Source: Actinomycetota bacterium
GTDB taxonomy: Bacteria > Actinomycetota > Actinomycetes > Nanopelagicales > Nanopelagicaceae
Assembly: GCA_015660815.1 (NCBI GenBank)
Contig: JACSDF010000003.1
Location: 133,704-197,703, forward strand
Reading direction: 5' to 3'
DNA length: 64,000 nt
This document shows, piece after piece, positions 1 through 10,516 of the stretch (positions within the stretch are counted from its first letter, which is position 1; each line of letters starts with the position of its first letter). The position numbers were made by a program, and so were the translations under genes. The notes beneath the pieces are model-generated. The model did not search any database, was not told the DNA's origin, and saw only the letters and a list, made by a program, of their open reading frames with translations.

Positions 1-72
1 AAGTTGAGGCGCACCATATGGAGACAAAGCCTTTAAATCACTGCGCAGTGGAAGCCAATTAGGCCACATCAT
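1..72 (-). CDS. hisC: Histidinol-phosphate aminotransferase, N-terminal fragment (runs off window)
   Basis: Manual translation of the minus strand gives (M)[23 protein letters not shown], matching the actinobacterial HisC N-terminus (LPLR...SPYGAPQL); start overlaps the hisD stop. Not in the ORF track. Confidence 0.85.
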   Translation of the reverse strand, partial: MMWPNWLPLRSDLKALSPYGAPQL

Positions 73-1379
73 GAAAGGTTTTCTAGTCTGGCAGTCATTG
101 CCTGCCCATGGGCCGGCAAATCTTCTGCAGTTGCTAATGTGATAACTGTCGGAAGAATTTCAAGAAAAGCTTTCTCCCCGTATTCAATTATATGCAGACC
201 TCGTAGGAAAGTCTGAACTGAAAGTCCACTTGAGTGACAGGCACAACCACCTGTGGGAAGTACATGGTTAGAGCCGGCCGAATAGTCCCCGAGTGAAACG
301 GGAGAATAGCGGCCAACAAAAATTGCACCCGCATTTCTAATTGCAGTGGAAACTTCTCGAGCATCCTTTGTGTGAATCTCCAGATGCTCTGCAGCATATG
401 CATTGACCACATCTATTCCCTGTTCAATCGAATCAACTAGAGCAATTGCCGATTGAATGCCGGCAAGTGCCTCACGTATTCGATCCGTGTGTTTTGTAAG
501 TGCCACACGAACTTTTAATTCCAGAGCAACCGCTTCGGCTAACTCAGGACTATCTGTAACTAGAATCGCAGCGGCAATCACATCATGCTCTGCCTGACTA
601 ATTAGATCGGCGGCGACATCGGCAGGAATCGCCGTTTTATCGGCAAGAATCGCAATCTCAGTTGGTCCAGCTTCAGAATCAATCCCAATGACACCTCGTA
701 AAGCTCGTTTTGCTGCCGCCACATAAATATTGCCTGGACCGGTTACGAGGTCACACTTTTCACAGACTCCCTCCATGCCATATGCAAAGAGAGCAACAGC
801 TTGCGCTCCACCCACTGCATACACTTCAGTTACACCAAGAAGGGCGCACGTTGCCAAAATAGTTGGATGCGGAAGACCACCAAACTCTTTCTGAGGAGGT
901 GAAGCGACTGCAATTGATGGTACTTGAGCAATTTGAGCAGGAATCACATTCATCATCACACTACTTGGATAAACAGCGCGTCCCCCAGGAACATACAGCC
1001 CAACACGATCAACGGGGATCCATTTTTGAGTGACCTCTCCCCCATCAACTACGACTGTTTTCTTGTCGCTCCTCACTTGATCTTTATGCACCGTCCTGAC
1101 TCGGGCAATGGAACGTTCGAGGGCAGAACGTATCTCTGGATCAAGTGCATTCAACGCCGCATCTAATGCGCTCTGTGGAACACGGATACTTGGTGGAACT
1201 ACGCCATCGAACTCTTCGGCCAATTTTATTAAATCACTCTCAGTGCCGAATTTTACGCGCTCAAGAATTGGTGCGATTAATTGCATTGCTTCGGCAACAT
1301 TTAAATCTGCGCGCGGCAGTTCGCTGTTATAGCCGGCCTTTGTCAGAGCTCGGCCCCTAAAATCCACGAGGCGAATCAT
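69..1379 (-). CDS. hisD: Histidinol dehydrogenase
   Basis: 436 aa; motifs [55 protein letters not shown]. Confidence 0.97.
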   Translation of the reverse strand: MIRLVDFRGRALTKAGYNSELPRADLNVAEAMQLIAPILERVKFGTESDLIKLAEEFDGVVPPSIRVPQSALDAALNALDPEIRSALERSIARVRTVHKDQVRSDKKTVVVDGGEVTQKWIPVDRVGLYVPGGRAVYPSSVMMNVIPAQIAQVPSIAVASPPQKEFGGLPHPTILATCALLGVTEVYAVGGAQAVALFAYGMEGVCEKCDLVTGPGNIYVAAAKRALRGVIGIDSEAGPTEIAILADKTAIPADVAADLISQAEHDVIAAAILVTDSPELAEAVALELKVRVALTKHTDRIREALAGIQSAIALVDSIEQGIDVVNAYAAEHLEIHTKDAREVSTAIRNAGAIFVGRYSPVSLGDYSAGSNHVLPTGGCACHSSGLSVQTFLRGLHIIEYGEKAFLEILPTVITLATAEDLPAHGQAMTARLENLS

Positions 1380-1385
1380 TTTCTA

Positions 1386-1391
1386 ATTATA
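1386..1391 (-). promoter_or_regulatory. -10 element TATAAT, predicted leaderless hisD transcript
   Basis: Perfect TATAAT 6 nt upstream of the hisD ATG; no Shine-Dalgarno. Confidence 0.7.
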
Positions 1392-1433
1392 ATGGAGAAA
1401 GAGATCTTCATGGAGCGAAGTTATTTGTAGCCC

Positions 1434-4400
1434 TTAGACTAGGCAGTTTGGTCCTAATATCGATTTCAAATCTGCGCTCAAACTTGGTGATGCAGTAACA
1501 AGGGCATCAATCTTCATAAATGTATCAACCCCATTTTCATTTAGTTGGAGATGAACTTCGCGCTTTCCAGGATGCGAACGCAGAATCTCTTTAATTCGCT
1601 CGACTACTGGTGGAGTGCATTGTGACATAGGTAGTGAAATTACTAATGGACCAATCGGGGCCATGGAAATATCTGGCATCGACATTTCCATAGCAGTAAA
1701 TCGGAGAGCATCATCACGACGATCAACACGTCCACGAACCGTAACAATTCGATCTTCAGTTAACGACATGGAATATTGGTTATATGTCTTTGCGAAGAAC
1801 AGAACCTCCAGTGAACCTTCAAGATCTTCAATCGTAACTACAGCCCATGAAGCACCCTGTCTTGAAACTTTCCTTGTAACACTCGTGATCAACCCGCCAA
1901 TTGTGACTATAGATTCGCTTTGTGCTCCCTCATCTACAAGTTCGCTGATAGTCATATCAGTGCTTGAGCGCAAAATATGCTCAACACCTAACAATGGATG
2001 GTCAGAGACATAGAGACCGAGCATTTCGCGCTCATAGCTAAGGAGCATAGATTTATCCCACTCTCCAATTGGGATTTCCAAATCTAAAGATTCGACATGG
2101 CTTATATTTTCTCCACCAAATAAATCAAATTGACCAATTGCTTCAGCTCGTTTTGCCTCAATTACCGAATCGATGGCTTCAAGATAGACCGCCATTAAAC
2201 CCTTTCTAGTTACTCCCATCGAGCCGAATGCTCCAGCTTTGATCAGAGATTCGATAGTTTTCTTATTACAGACTTGCGCATCAACTTTGGCCAGGAAGTC
2301 ACCAAACGAAGTAAATCGCCCCTTTGATTCGCGAGCGGTTTTTATAGAACCAACCACTCCCTCACCGACATTGCGTATTGCGGCCAATCCAAACCTAATG
2401 TCATTTCCACGCGGCGTGTATTCAGCATTAGATTCATTAATATCTGGTTCAAGAACTTTGATTCCCATACGGCGACACTCGCTCAAATAGAGTGCTGATT
2501 TATCCTTATCATCACGAACACTTGTAAGAAGTGCAGCCATGTATTCAGTTGGGAAATTAGCTTTTAAGTACGCCGTCCAATATGAAACAACCCCGTACCC
2601 TGCCGAGTGCGCACGGTTAAATGCATAGTCAGAGAAGGGAATCAACACATCCCATAACCGCTTGATCGCTGTAGTTGAGTATCCATTTTTTCTCATGCCT
2701 GCTTCAAAGGGAACATACTCTTTATCCAGAATATTTTTATCTTTCTTTCCCATAGCTTTTCTCAGTAAATCTGCGCGACCTAACGAGAATCCAGCAACTT
2801 TTTGAGCTATGGCCATTACTTGTTCTTGATAGACGATGAGGCCATATGTATCCCCAAGTATCTCCGAAAGTGCATCCACGAGTTCGGGGTGAATGGGTTC
2901 AACCGGTTTACGGGAATTCTTTCTATCGGCATAGTTATTATGTGCATTTTCTCCCATAGGTCCTGGTCTATACAGAGCTATGACCGCTGAGATATCTTGA
3001 AAAGAATCGGGAGACATCGAGCGAAGTAGAGCGCGCATTGGCCCACCATCGAGTTGGAAAACACCTAAGGTGTCACCCCGCGACAAAAGTTCATATGTTT
3101 TCTTATCATCAAGAGTTAAATCCTCAAGTACTAGTTCAATTCCTTTATTGCTTTTGATATTTATCAAAGCGTCATCTAGCACCGAGAGATTTCTGAGTCC
3201 CAGGAAATCCATTTTAAGAAGTCCCGTCGCCTCGCAGGCCCCCATGTCGAACTGCGTAATAATTGCCCCATCAGCTTCGCGTCGATGGATGGGAATTACA
3301 TCTAATAACGGCTCCCGTGAAAGAATTACGCCCGCAGCATGAACTCCCCATTGGCGCTTCAGGCCTTCTAGCCCTCGTGCTGTGTCTACTACACGTTTTG
3401 AATCGGCGTCGGATTCATACAGAGTGCGAAACTCACCTGCTTCTCCGTATCGATCATCTTTTGGATTGAAAACTCCACCGAGAGAGATGTCTTTACCCAT
3501 GACCGAAGGAGGAAGAGCCTTAGTGAGTTTTTCGCCAACAACGTACGGATATCCCAGTACTCGCGTTGAATCCTTTATAGCTTGCTTAGATTTAATAGTT
3601 CCATACGTAATAATCTGTGCAACTCGATCTTCGCCGTACTTTTTAGTGGCATAGCGAATCATTTCGCTGCGTCGTCGCTCATCAAAGTCCAAGTCAATAT
3701 CTGGCATTGAGATTCTCTCTGGGTTTAAAAATCGCTCAAAGAGGAGTCCGTGTTCGAGGGGATCGAGTCCCGTTATTCCAAGTGCATAGGCAACAAGTGA
3801 ACCGGGGGCAGAGCCTCGACCTGGTCCAACTCGGATACCCACTTCTTTTGCATGTGCAACTAAGTCAGCAACAACGAGAAAGTAGCCGGGAAAACCCATC
3901 TTCTCCATTACTCCAAGTTCATAGCTCAAACGAGCATGGTGTTCGGGCGTTACTCGCTCGCCCATTCGCAAAATCAGACCATGTTCGGCCTCGCGCTTTA
4001 GCCATGAATCCTCGGTGTGGCCTTCCGGGACTGTAAAAGCTGGTAAAAGGTTTTCCCCTTCGCGAAGGGTCACGTTGCAACGTTCAGCAATAAGTAAGGT
4101 GTTATCACAGCTCTCGGGAATCTCTTTAAAGAGCTCGCGCATCTGCGCAGGGGTCTTGACGTAAAAACTATCGTTATCAAATTTAAATCGCTTCGGATCT
4201 GCCAAAGTGGAGCCAGATTGAACACAGAGCAAGGCTTCGTGTGCTGGGGCATCGGTTTGCAACGTGTAGTGAAGATCATTAGTTGCAAGTAAAGGTAAAC
4301 CTAATTCTTTACCCAATTTTAATAGATCGGATTTTACGCGGCTTTCAATTTCAATTCCATGATCCATAATCTCTAGATAGAAATTGCCTGCACCAAAAAT

Positions 4401-4931
4401 ATCTCTGTAATCACTTGCCGCTTTTATCGCTTCTTTATATGCCCCCATGCGCAAACGTGTTTGTACTTCTCCGCCTGGGCAGCCTGTAGTTGCAATTAAT
4501 CCCGTTGAATATCTAGCTAAAATTTCTCGATCCATGCGAGGCTTGTAGTAATAGCCTTCAAGGGATGCAAGAGATGAGAGTCTGAAGAGGTTTCCTAAGC
4601 CAATATTGTTTTCAGCCAGAATTGTCATATGTGTATATGCACCACCGCCTGAAACATCATCTTCTCCACCATCTGCCCACTTGACACGCTTTTTTTCGAA
4701 TCGAGATTCCGGTGCTACATAGGCTTCAATTCCAATGATTGGTTTAACACCAGTTTTTATGGCACTCTTATAAAAGTCAAAAGCACCGAAAACATTTCCG
4801 TGGTCGGTCATTGCAATTGCGTTCATACCTTGGCGTACGACTTCATCCATGAGATCCCCGACTCGAGCGGCACCATCTAGCATCGAGTATTCGGTGTGAA
4901 CGTGGAGGTGAACGAAATTATCTTTAGTCAT
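1434..4931 (-). CDS. dnaE: DNA polymerase III alpha subunit (replicative DnaE1)
   Basis: 1165 aa; PHP motif HLHVHTEYSMLDG, catalytic PDIDLDF, KMDFLGL, clamp motif QFDLF, C-terminal OB fold; length leaves no room for an intein. Confidence 0.97.
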   Translation of the reverse strand: MTKDNFVHLHVHTEYSMLDGAARVGDLMDEVVRQGMNAIAMTDHGNVFGAFDFYKSAIKTGVKPIIGIEAYVAPESRFEKKRVKWADGGEDDVSGGGAYTHMTILAENNIGLGNLFRLSSLASLEGYYYKPRMDREILARYSTGLIATTGCPGGEVQTRLRMGAYKEAIKAASDYRDIFGAGNFYLEIMDHGIEIESRVKSDLLKLGKELGLPLLATNDLHYTLQTDAPAHEALLCVQSGSTLADPKRFKFDNDSFYVKTPAQMRELFKEIPESCDNTLLIAERCNVTLREGENLLPAFTVPEGHTEDSWLKREAEHGLILRMGERVTPEHHARLSYELGVMEKMGFPGYFLVVADLVAHAKEVGIRVGPGRGSAPGSLVAYALGITGLDPLEHGLLFERFLNPERISMPDIDLDFDERRRSEMIRYATKKYGEDRVAQIITYGTIKSKQAIKDSTRVLGYPYVVGEKLTKALPPSVMGKDISLGGVFNPKDDRYGEAGEFRTLYESDADSKRVVDTARGLEGLKRQWGVHAAGVILSREPLLDVIPIHRREADGAIITQFDMGACEATGLLKMDFLGLRNLSVLDDALINIKSNKGIELVLEDLTLDDKKTYELLSRGDTLGVFQLDGGPMRALLRSMSPDSFQDISAVIALYRPGPMGENAHNNYADRKNSRKPVEPIHPELVDALSEILGDTYGLIVYQEQVMAIAQKVAGFSLGRADLLRKAMGKKDKNILDKEYVPFEAGMRKNGYSTTAIKRLWDVLIPFSDYAFNRAHSAGYGVVSYWTAYLKANFPTEYMAALLTSVRDDKDKSALYLSECRRMGIKVLEPDINESNAEYTPRGNDIRFGLAAIRNVGEGVVGSIKTARESKGRFTSFGDFLAKVDAQVCNKKTIESLIKAGAFGSMGVTRKGLMAVYLEAIDSVIEAKRAEAIGQFDLFGGENISHVESLDLEIPIGEWDKSMLLSYEREMLGLYVSDHPLLGVEHILRSSTDMTISELVDEGAQSESIVTIGGLITSVTRKVSRQGASWAVVTIEDLEGSLEVLFFAKTYNQYSMSLTEDRIVTVRGRVDRRDDALRFTAMEMSMPDISMAPIGPLVISLPMSQCTPPVVERIKEILRSHPGKREVHLQLNENGVDTFMKIDALVTASPSLSADLKSILGPNCLV

Positions 4932-4946
4932 ATGCGTTAAAAATAC

Positions 4947-5888
4947 TTAAGGTAGGACGGCATCAGATAGCAAGGTTAAAGAGCGTGCGAGGTCGGCAGG
5001 ATAAGGGGCAGTAAAGCTGAGTTTTTCTCCAGAAATAGGGTGGTCGAAGCGCAACTCTTTGGCATGCAACCATGGTCGAGACATTTCTAGGCTCTTAGCT
5101 AAAACTGGATCTGCGCCGTACGTTGTATCCCCCACCAAAGGGTGGTTAAGCGCCGAGAAATGAACTCGAATTTGATGCGTTCGTCCGGTTTCTAATTCGA
5201 CTTTTACCAGTGAAACGGCTCGGTAAAATTCGATTACTTCATAGTGAGTAATCGATTCTTTCCCTGTACCAACAACGGCAAATCGGTGATCTTCTTTTGG
5301 ATGGCGATCAATCGGGGCATCAATTGTTCCGGTAGTTGGATCCATGTGTCCCTGAATTAGTGCATGGTAGATTTTTTCAACGCTTCGGGTGCGAAATGCA
5401 TCTTTAAGCACGGTAAATGCACGATCACTCTTTGCAACAATCATTAATCCGCTGGTTCCAACGTCTAATCTATGAACAATTCCTTGACGCTCTGCGGCGC
5501 CACTCGTTGAGATTACATACCCTGCAGCACTTAATGCGCCGACAACCGTTGGGCCAGTCCAGCCAGGACTTGGGTGCGCCGCACAGCCAACTGGTTTATT
5601 AATGACAATAATCTCATCATCCTCAAAAACAATTTCTAATCCATCGATGGGAGTCAGAGGAATTGGCGTCGCGTTAACCGGAGCTGGAAGTAAAACATCG
5701 ATTACCTGTCCTTCACTTACTCTGTCGGATTTTTGCATCGCCCTTCCTGCAGTGGTTATGTCACCTTCTTCAAGAAGTTTTACAACCGAGGTACGCGAAA
5801 GACCCAGGACTCGTGTGAGGGCGCTGTCGATTCTCTCGCCAGCAACTCCCTCTGGTACGGCCAAAGTGCGTAACTCACGATTACTCAT
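4947..5888 (-). CDS. RluA/RluD-family 23S rRNA pseudouridine synthase
   Basis: S4-like N-terminus (GERIDSAL), catalytic HRLDVGTSG, GRTHQIRVH. Start moved to the ATG at 5888 (ATGA overlap with lspA stop); the ORF-track extension to 6014 lies inside lspA. Confidence 0.92.
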   Translation of the reverse strand: MSNRELRTLAVPEGVAGERIDSALTRVLGLSRTSVVKLLEEGDITTAGRAMQKSDRVSEGQVIDVLLPAPVNATPIPLTPIDGLEIVFEDDEIIVINKPVGCAAHPSPGWTGPTVVGALSAAGYVISTSGAAERQGIVHRLDVGTSGLMIVAKSDRAFTVLKDAFRTRSVEKIYHALIQGHMDPTTGTIDAPIDRHPKEDHRFAVVGTGKESITHYEVIEFYRAVSLVKVELETGRTHQIRVHFSALNHPLVGDTTYGADPVLAKSLEMSRPWLHAKELRFDHPISGEKLSFTAPYPADLARSLTLLSDAVLP

Positions 5889-6370
5889 GACCTTGACTCC
5901 TTCGTAGAAATCGGTGAAATATTTCGTGCAGTTAAAATCATAGCCAAGCCAGCGGCAACAACGATTGCCGAGTCGGCAATATTGAAGATAGGCCAATTCG
6001 GAAGTTGCATCCAATCTATAACGTGACCTCTCAAAAAAGAGGGTTCACGAAAGATTCGATCCATAAGGTTTCCTAGAACTCCTCCAAGCACTAAACCTAA
6101 AACTACCGACCATCCTTTCGATGTTATTTTCGGAGCGAAGTAAATAACTCCTAGAGCAACAATAATGCCAAAGAGCGATAAAAATAGCGTCGCATTTGAT
6201 GCAAATGAAAATGCAGCACCAGAGTTTCGTATAAACGTGAGTTGAAAAAAACTACCAAGAATTTGAACTGGCTCTCGATTAGCTAGTTGGCTCACTGCCC
6301 ATGCCTTAGTGGCTAAATCAAGGATCCAGACTAACCAGGCAACACTTAAAAGTGTCCGCCACCTTTGCAC
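5885..6370 (-). CDS. lspA: Lipoprotein signal peptidase II
   Basis: NSGAAFS, GNLMDR, VIDW, FNIADS motifs; four hydrophobic segments. Confidence 0.95.
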   Translation of the reverse strand: MQRWRTLLSVAWLVWILDLATKAWAVSQLANREPVQILGSFFQLTFIRNSGAAFSFASNATLFLSLFGIIVALGVIYFAPKITSKGWSVVLGLVLGGVLGNLMDRIFREPSFLRGHVIDWMQLPNWPIFNIADSAIVVAAGLAMILTARNISPISTKESRS

Positions 6371-6372
6371 TG

Positions 6373-7128
6373 TTAGCGCCGTTCTTCCTTCTGCTTGCAG
6401 AGCATGCAGAGTGTTGCACGAGGGAAGACTTGTAATCGGGCTTTACCGATTGCATTTCCGCACTCTTCGCAATTTCCGTAGCGCTTCGAATCAATGCGAT
6501 CTAAGGCACGCTCGGTCTGTAAAACCATATCGCGAGCATTAATAACAAGAGACATCTCATGTTCGCGCTCGAAAGTCTTAGTACCAGCATCGGCCTGATC
6601 ATCGCCAGCGCCCTCACCAGATTCCTGGATGAGTGAATCCATTTCAAGTTCAACTATCGCTAACTCTCTTCGCAAACGCTCGAGCTCAATGACTATGTCA
6701 GTACGGACGGCCTTGAGCTCAGCCGCGCTCCATGGTGATTCAGAATCGCTGACTACAACTGGTGTGGGAGCGCTCCTGATCGGCTTTAAGGGTGCACTCT
6801 TCTTCCCATTCTTAACTGGACGAGGTGGGGGTGGCATCACCAAGCGACGTTGTTCAATTACCGGCGCTATAACTGCGGTACTTACAGTTGAAACGGAGAC
6901 GGTTTGGGATTTTTCATCTACGGTAAGAGTGGTCTTTGTCGTTGAAGCTTTACTACCCGCCTTTTTTACAGGGATACTTTTTACTGTGCTCTTCGGCGTT
7001 GCCGCCTTTTTTACAGCTGTTTTCTTGACTGGCGCCTTCGTAGCTACTGCTTTTTTGGCCGCCTTTACGGGTGTCTTCACTGCAGCGGCCTTAGTGGCAA
7101 CTGCTTTCTTTCCAGGCTTCTTGGACAT
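6373..7128 (-). CDS. TraR/DksA-family C4 zinc-finger protein with long Lys/Ala/Pro-rich N-terminal tail
   Basis: Coiled-coil tip GDDQADAG (DxxDxA-like), zinc finger CEEC...CMLC; N-terminal KKAVATKA repeats. Confidence 0.9.
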   Translation of the reverse strand: MSKKPGKKAVATKAAAVKTPVKAAKKAVATKAPVKKTAVKKAATPKSTVKSIPVKKAGSKASTTKTTLTVDEKSQTVSVSTVSTAVIAPVIEQRRLVMPPPPRPVKNGKKSAPLKPIRSAPTPVVVSDSESPWSAAELKAVRTDIVIELERLRRELAIVELEMDSLIQESGEGAGDDQADAGTKTFEREHEMSLVINARDMVLQTERALDRIDSKRYGNCEECGNAIGKARLQVFPRATLCMLCKQKEERR

Positions 7129-7220
7129 GACGCGAACCTTAATCCGTATACGTCAGGTATACCAACTGCGCCACGGGCAATCTTTTCTTCAGGAATGGCC
7201 TAGACTAGTTTAACTAACAA

Positions 7221-7394
7221 GGCATCGGCATTGACGGGGCAATCACCTCACGAGCCTGCCGGAAGAAGTGAGTGAAAACTCATCTAGAACCGGTCCTAGT
7301 TAGATTAAGAGTGGCGCGAGCGTTGCGCAAGGCGGGTGGTACCGCGAAATCTGCGATAGCAGAGTTCGTCCCTCCAGGTTTTCTTCTCGGAGGT
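7221..7394 (+). ncRNA. Translational T-box riboswitch (actinobacterial ileS type, short stem I)
   Basis: T-box AAGGCGGGTGGTACCGCG at 7329-7346; Ile specifier ATC at 7242-7244 in GACGGGGCAATCACCTCACGAGCC; GGAAGAA...TAGAACC stem II-type motifs; anti-SD CCTCC (7371-7375) can pair with SD GGAGG (7389-7393); candidate -10 TAGACT at 7201-7206. Confidence 0.92.
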
Positions 7395-7402
7395 AGGTTT
7401 AT

Positions 7403-10400
7403 ATGTCATTTCGCCCGATTTCTGCATCCGTTGATTTGCCTGCAGTTGAACATGAAATTCTCACTTTCTGGGCAGATAACGAGATTTTCCAGAAAACTGT
7501 AGATGCGCGTGCCGGTGAACTGCCATGGAGTTTTTATGAAGGCCCACCGACAGCTAATGGAATGCCTGGAACTCATCACATTGAAGCCCGTGTATTTAAG
7601 GATGTATTTCCGCGCTTTCAAACTATGAAGGGCCGTTATGTCACGCGCAAAGCGGGGTGGGACTGTCATGGCTTACCAGTAGAAATTGCCGTTGAAAAAG
7701 AGCTTGGCTTTGCAGGCAAAGGTGATATCGAAAAATTTGGGGTTGCAGCTTTTAATGAAAAATGTCGAGAGTCAGTGCAACGGCATGTGGGTGCATTTAC
7801 TCAGATGACGAATCGAATGGGCTTTTGGGTAGATTTCGATCAAGCATATTGGACGATGTCGCCTCAATATGTCGAAAGTGTGTGGTGGTCGCTGAAGGAG
7901 ATTTGGAAAAAAGGTCTACTTGTACAAGATCATCGAGTCGCACCATACTGCCCGCGCTGTGGAACGGGGTTATCAGATCATGAACTGGCCCAGGGTTATG
8001 AAACTATCACCGACCCCTCTGTATACGTTCGATTTCCAATTACTTCGGGAGAGCTCGCTCACCTTAATGCATCTCTACTTGTGTGGACGACAACGCCTTG
8101 GACTTTAGTATCTAACACCGCGATTGCAGTTAATCCAGATGTCTATTACGTAGCTCTAGAAGTTTCGGTGGATGAAAAAACCGAGGTATTAGTAGTTGCC
8201 GAAGCGTTAACTGAAAGTGTTAAAGGCGATAAAAAAGTGATTAAGAGGCTCCTCGGCAGGGATTTGGAACACATTACTTACAAACACCCTTTCGATTATG
8301 TAGAAATTCCTGATTCGCACTTTGTAGTTCTTGCCGCATACGTCACGACCGAAGATGGCACTGGATTAGTCCATCAATCGCCTGCATTTGGAGCCGACGA
8401 CTTAGCAACGTGCCGCGCATATGGACTTCCAGTTGTAAATCCAATTGCGCCAGATGGACATTTTCTCCCCGAAGTTGCTGTCGTTGGTGGAATGTTTTTT
8501 AAAGATGCCGATAAGACGTTGGTGCGCGAATTAAAATCGAGCGGAGCTCTTTATAAACACCAGCCATTCGAGCACTCATATCCGCATTGCTGGCGTTGCC
8601 ACACTGCACTCATGTATTACGCACAGCCTTCGTGGTACATACGTACAACATCGATTAAAGAGGCACTTCTACGCGAGAATGCCGCAACCGATTGGCATCC
8701 TCAGACGATTAAGGATGGTCGTTATGGCGACTGGCTCAATAACAATGTCGATTGGGCACTTTCTCGAAATCGATATTGGGGAACTCCACTACCAATTTGG
8801 CGCTGTGAAAATAAACATGAAATTTGTGTCGACTCATTAAAGGAGTTAGGGGAATTATCTGGTCAAGAACTTTCTAACCTTGACCCTCATCGCCCATTTG
8901 TAGATGACATCACAATAAAGTGTTCTGAGTGTGCTTTAACCATGGTTCGAGTTCCTGAAGTTATTGACTGCTGGTATGACTCCGGAGCTATGCCCTTTGC
9001 TCAATGGGGTTATCCGCATGTCGAAGGTTCGGTTGAGAAATTTCAAGCCTCTTATCCAGCCGATTTCATCTGTGAAGCGATCGATCAAACACGCGGTTGG
9101 TTTTACACCCTCATGACAATTGGAACTTTGGTCTTCGATAAATCTTCTTATAAGACGGTCCTGTGCCTTGGACATATTCTCGATAAAGATGGTCGAAAGA
9201 TGAGTAAGCATCTTGGAAATGTTTTAGAGCCTATGGCGCTTATGGATCAACATGGTGCCGATGCCGTTCGCTGGTACATGTTGGCGGCGGGTTCACCATG
9301 GGCTGCGCGACGCGTTGGCCACGATGCCATAAATGAAGTAGTCCGCAAAACTTTACTGACCTATTGGAATACCGTCTCATTTCACGCGCTTTATGCAAAG
9401 GCTTCAAACTTTGACTTAAGCCAAACTCCACCATTATCCGAACGCTCATTAATGGATCGTTGGATTATCTCTGAACTCAATATTCTGATCCTTGAAGTTG
9501 ATAAGGCTTTGACTGAATTTGACTCTCAGATTGCTGGACGCGCACTGGCTCGATTTATAGATGATCTCTCTAACTGGTATGTACGTCGTTCCCGTCGCCG
9601 TTTTTGGGATGGCGAAGTAGCAGCCATGGCAACTTTGCACGAATGTCTTGTGGTCTTAACTCAACTTCTAGCTCCAATGGTTCCCTTTATTACTGAACAG
9701 GTTTGGCAGGAGCTTGTGCGTCCGAACGATCTTTCCGCAGTAATCTCGGTTCACTTATCCGACTTCCCTGTGACAGATGAGAGTGCAATTAACAATCAAC
9801 TAGGAAATCAAGTTGCTTTGACGCGTCGAATTGTTGAACTCGGACGCGCTTCACGGGCTGAATCTGGAATTAAGATTCGTCAACCATTAGGTCGAGCCCT
9901 CATCGCTGCAAGCGGGTGGGCATCATTGCCTACACAGATGCGCGAACAGATAGCCGATGAACTCAATGTTATAGCCCTTGAAGATATTGCTAATGCCGAT
10001 GGGGACTTAGTAGATATCTCAATTAAGGCTAATTTTAAGAGTCTTGGCGCAAAATTTGGCGGTGCGGTTCAAGAGATTGCTAAGGAAATTGCTACCTCTG
10101 ATGCAACTGCTTTGGTCAGAACTCTTCGAAGCGAAGGAGTTACAAAAGTTGCTCAATGGGACATCGAATTGAGTGACGTTGTAATTACTGAGGTTCCAAA
10201 AAGTGGCTGGATGGTTGCATCGCATGAAGGTGAAAGTGTTGCACTAGATCTATCGCTTACGCCGACTCTTATATTGGCTGGACATGCTCGCGAAGTTATT
10301 AGATTTATTCAAGAGCGCCGCAAGAGTGATGGTTTTGAAATATCAGATCGCATCGATATCTTGTGGAATGCAACTCCTGAAATTGTTGATGCTATTGAAA

Positions 10401-10516
10401 GTGATATGGCACATATTCAGGATGAAGTTCTAGCGATTTCAATGCTGCGCGACGAATCAATGATTGTGGAAGCAAGTGAGATTGGTTTAGCTGTAAGACT
10501 TACTAAATCCCTCTAA
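7403..10516 (+). CDS. ileS: Isoleucine--tRNA ligase (type II)
   Basis: 1037 aa; EGPPTANGMPGTHH, GWDCHGLPVE, WTTTPWTL, DWALSRNRYWG, KMSKH. Confidence 0.97.
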   Translation: MSFRPISASVDLPAVEHEILTFWADNEIFQKTVDARAGELPWSFYEGPPTANGMPGTHHIEARVFKDVFPRFQTMKGRYVTRKAGWDCHGLPVEIAVEKELGFAGKGDIEKFGVAAFNEKCRESVQRHVGAFTQMTNRMGFWVDFDQAYWTMSPQYVESVWWSLKEIWKKGLLVQDHRVAPYCPRCGTGLSDHELAQGYETITDPSVYVRFPITSGELAHLNASLLVWTTTPWTLVSNTAIAVNPDVYYVALEVSVDEKTEVLVVAEALTESVKGDKKVIKRLLGRDLEHITYKHPFDYVEIPDSHFVVLAAYVTTEDGTGLVHQSPAFGADDLATCRAYGLPVVNPIAPDGHFLPEVAVVGGMFFKDADKTLVRELKSSGALYKHQPFEHSYPHCWRCHTALMYYAQPSWYIRTTSIKEALLRENAATDWHPQTIKDGRYGDWLNNNVDWALSRNRYWGTPLPIWRCENKHEICVDSLKELGELSGQELSNLDPHRPFVDDITIKCSECALTMVRVPEVIDCWYDSGAMPFAQWGYPHVEGSVEKFQASYPADFICEAIDQTRGWFYTLMTIGTLVFDKSSYKTVLCLGHILDKDGRKMSKHLGNVLEPMALMDQHGADAVRWYMLAAGSPWAARRVGHDAINEVVRKTLLTYWNTVSFHALYAKASNFDLSQTPPLSERSLMDRWIISELNILILEVDKALTEFDSQIAGRALARFIDDLSNWYVRRSRRRFWDGEVAAMATLHECLVVLTQLLAPMVPFITEQVWQELVRPNDLSAVISVHLSDFPVTDESAINNQLGNQVALTRRIVELGRASRAESGIKIRQPLGRALIAASGWASLPTQMREQIADELNVIALEDIANADGDLVDISIKANFKSLGAKFGGAVQEIAKEIATSDATALVRTLRSEGVTKVAQWDIELSDVVITEVPKSGWMVASHEGESVALDLSLTPTLILAGHAREVIRFIQERRKSDGFEISDRIDILWNATPEIVDAIESDMAHIQDEVLAISMLRDESMIVEASEIGLAVRLTKSL

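Noticed and set aside
1434-4931. Intein or split in dnaE1/dnaE2
   Set aside because: Lengths and motif spacing are normal; no intein motifs seen
4947-6014. ORF-track N-terminal extensions (rluA to 6014, ftsI to 25257, mmpL to 39441, crtD from 42557, kinase from 50141, ogt to 55947, pfk to 58381)
   Set aside because: The extensions overlap neighbouring genes or promoters; internal starts match family N-termini and coupling signals
7146-7162. GTATAC-N5-GTATAC repeat between the dksA-like gene and the ileS leader
   Set aside because: Short; no known regulator and could be chance. Not supportable without conservation data.
6629-7213. 194-aa plus-strand ORF antisense to the dksA-like gene
   Set aside because: Mirror of low-complexity K/A/T codons (stop-free antisense frame); no family motif, and it runs into the T-box promoter region
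7272-7502. 76-aa ORF over the ileS leader
   Set aside because: Overlaps the T-box RNA and ileS in another frame; not a leader peptide
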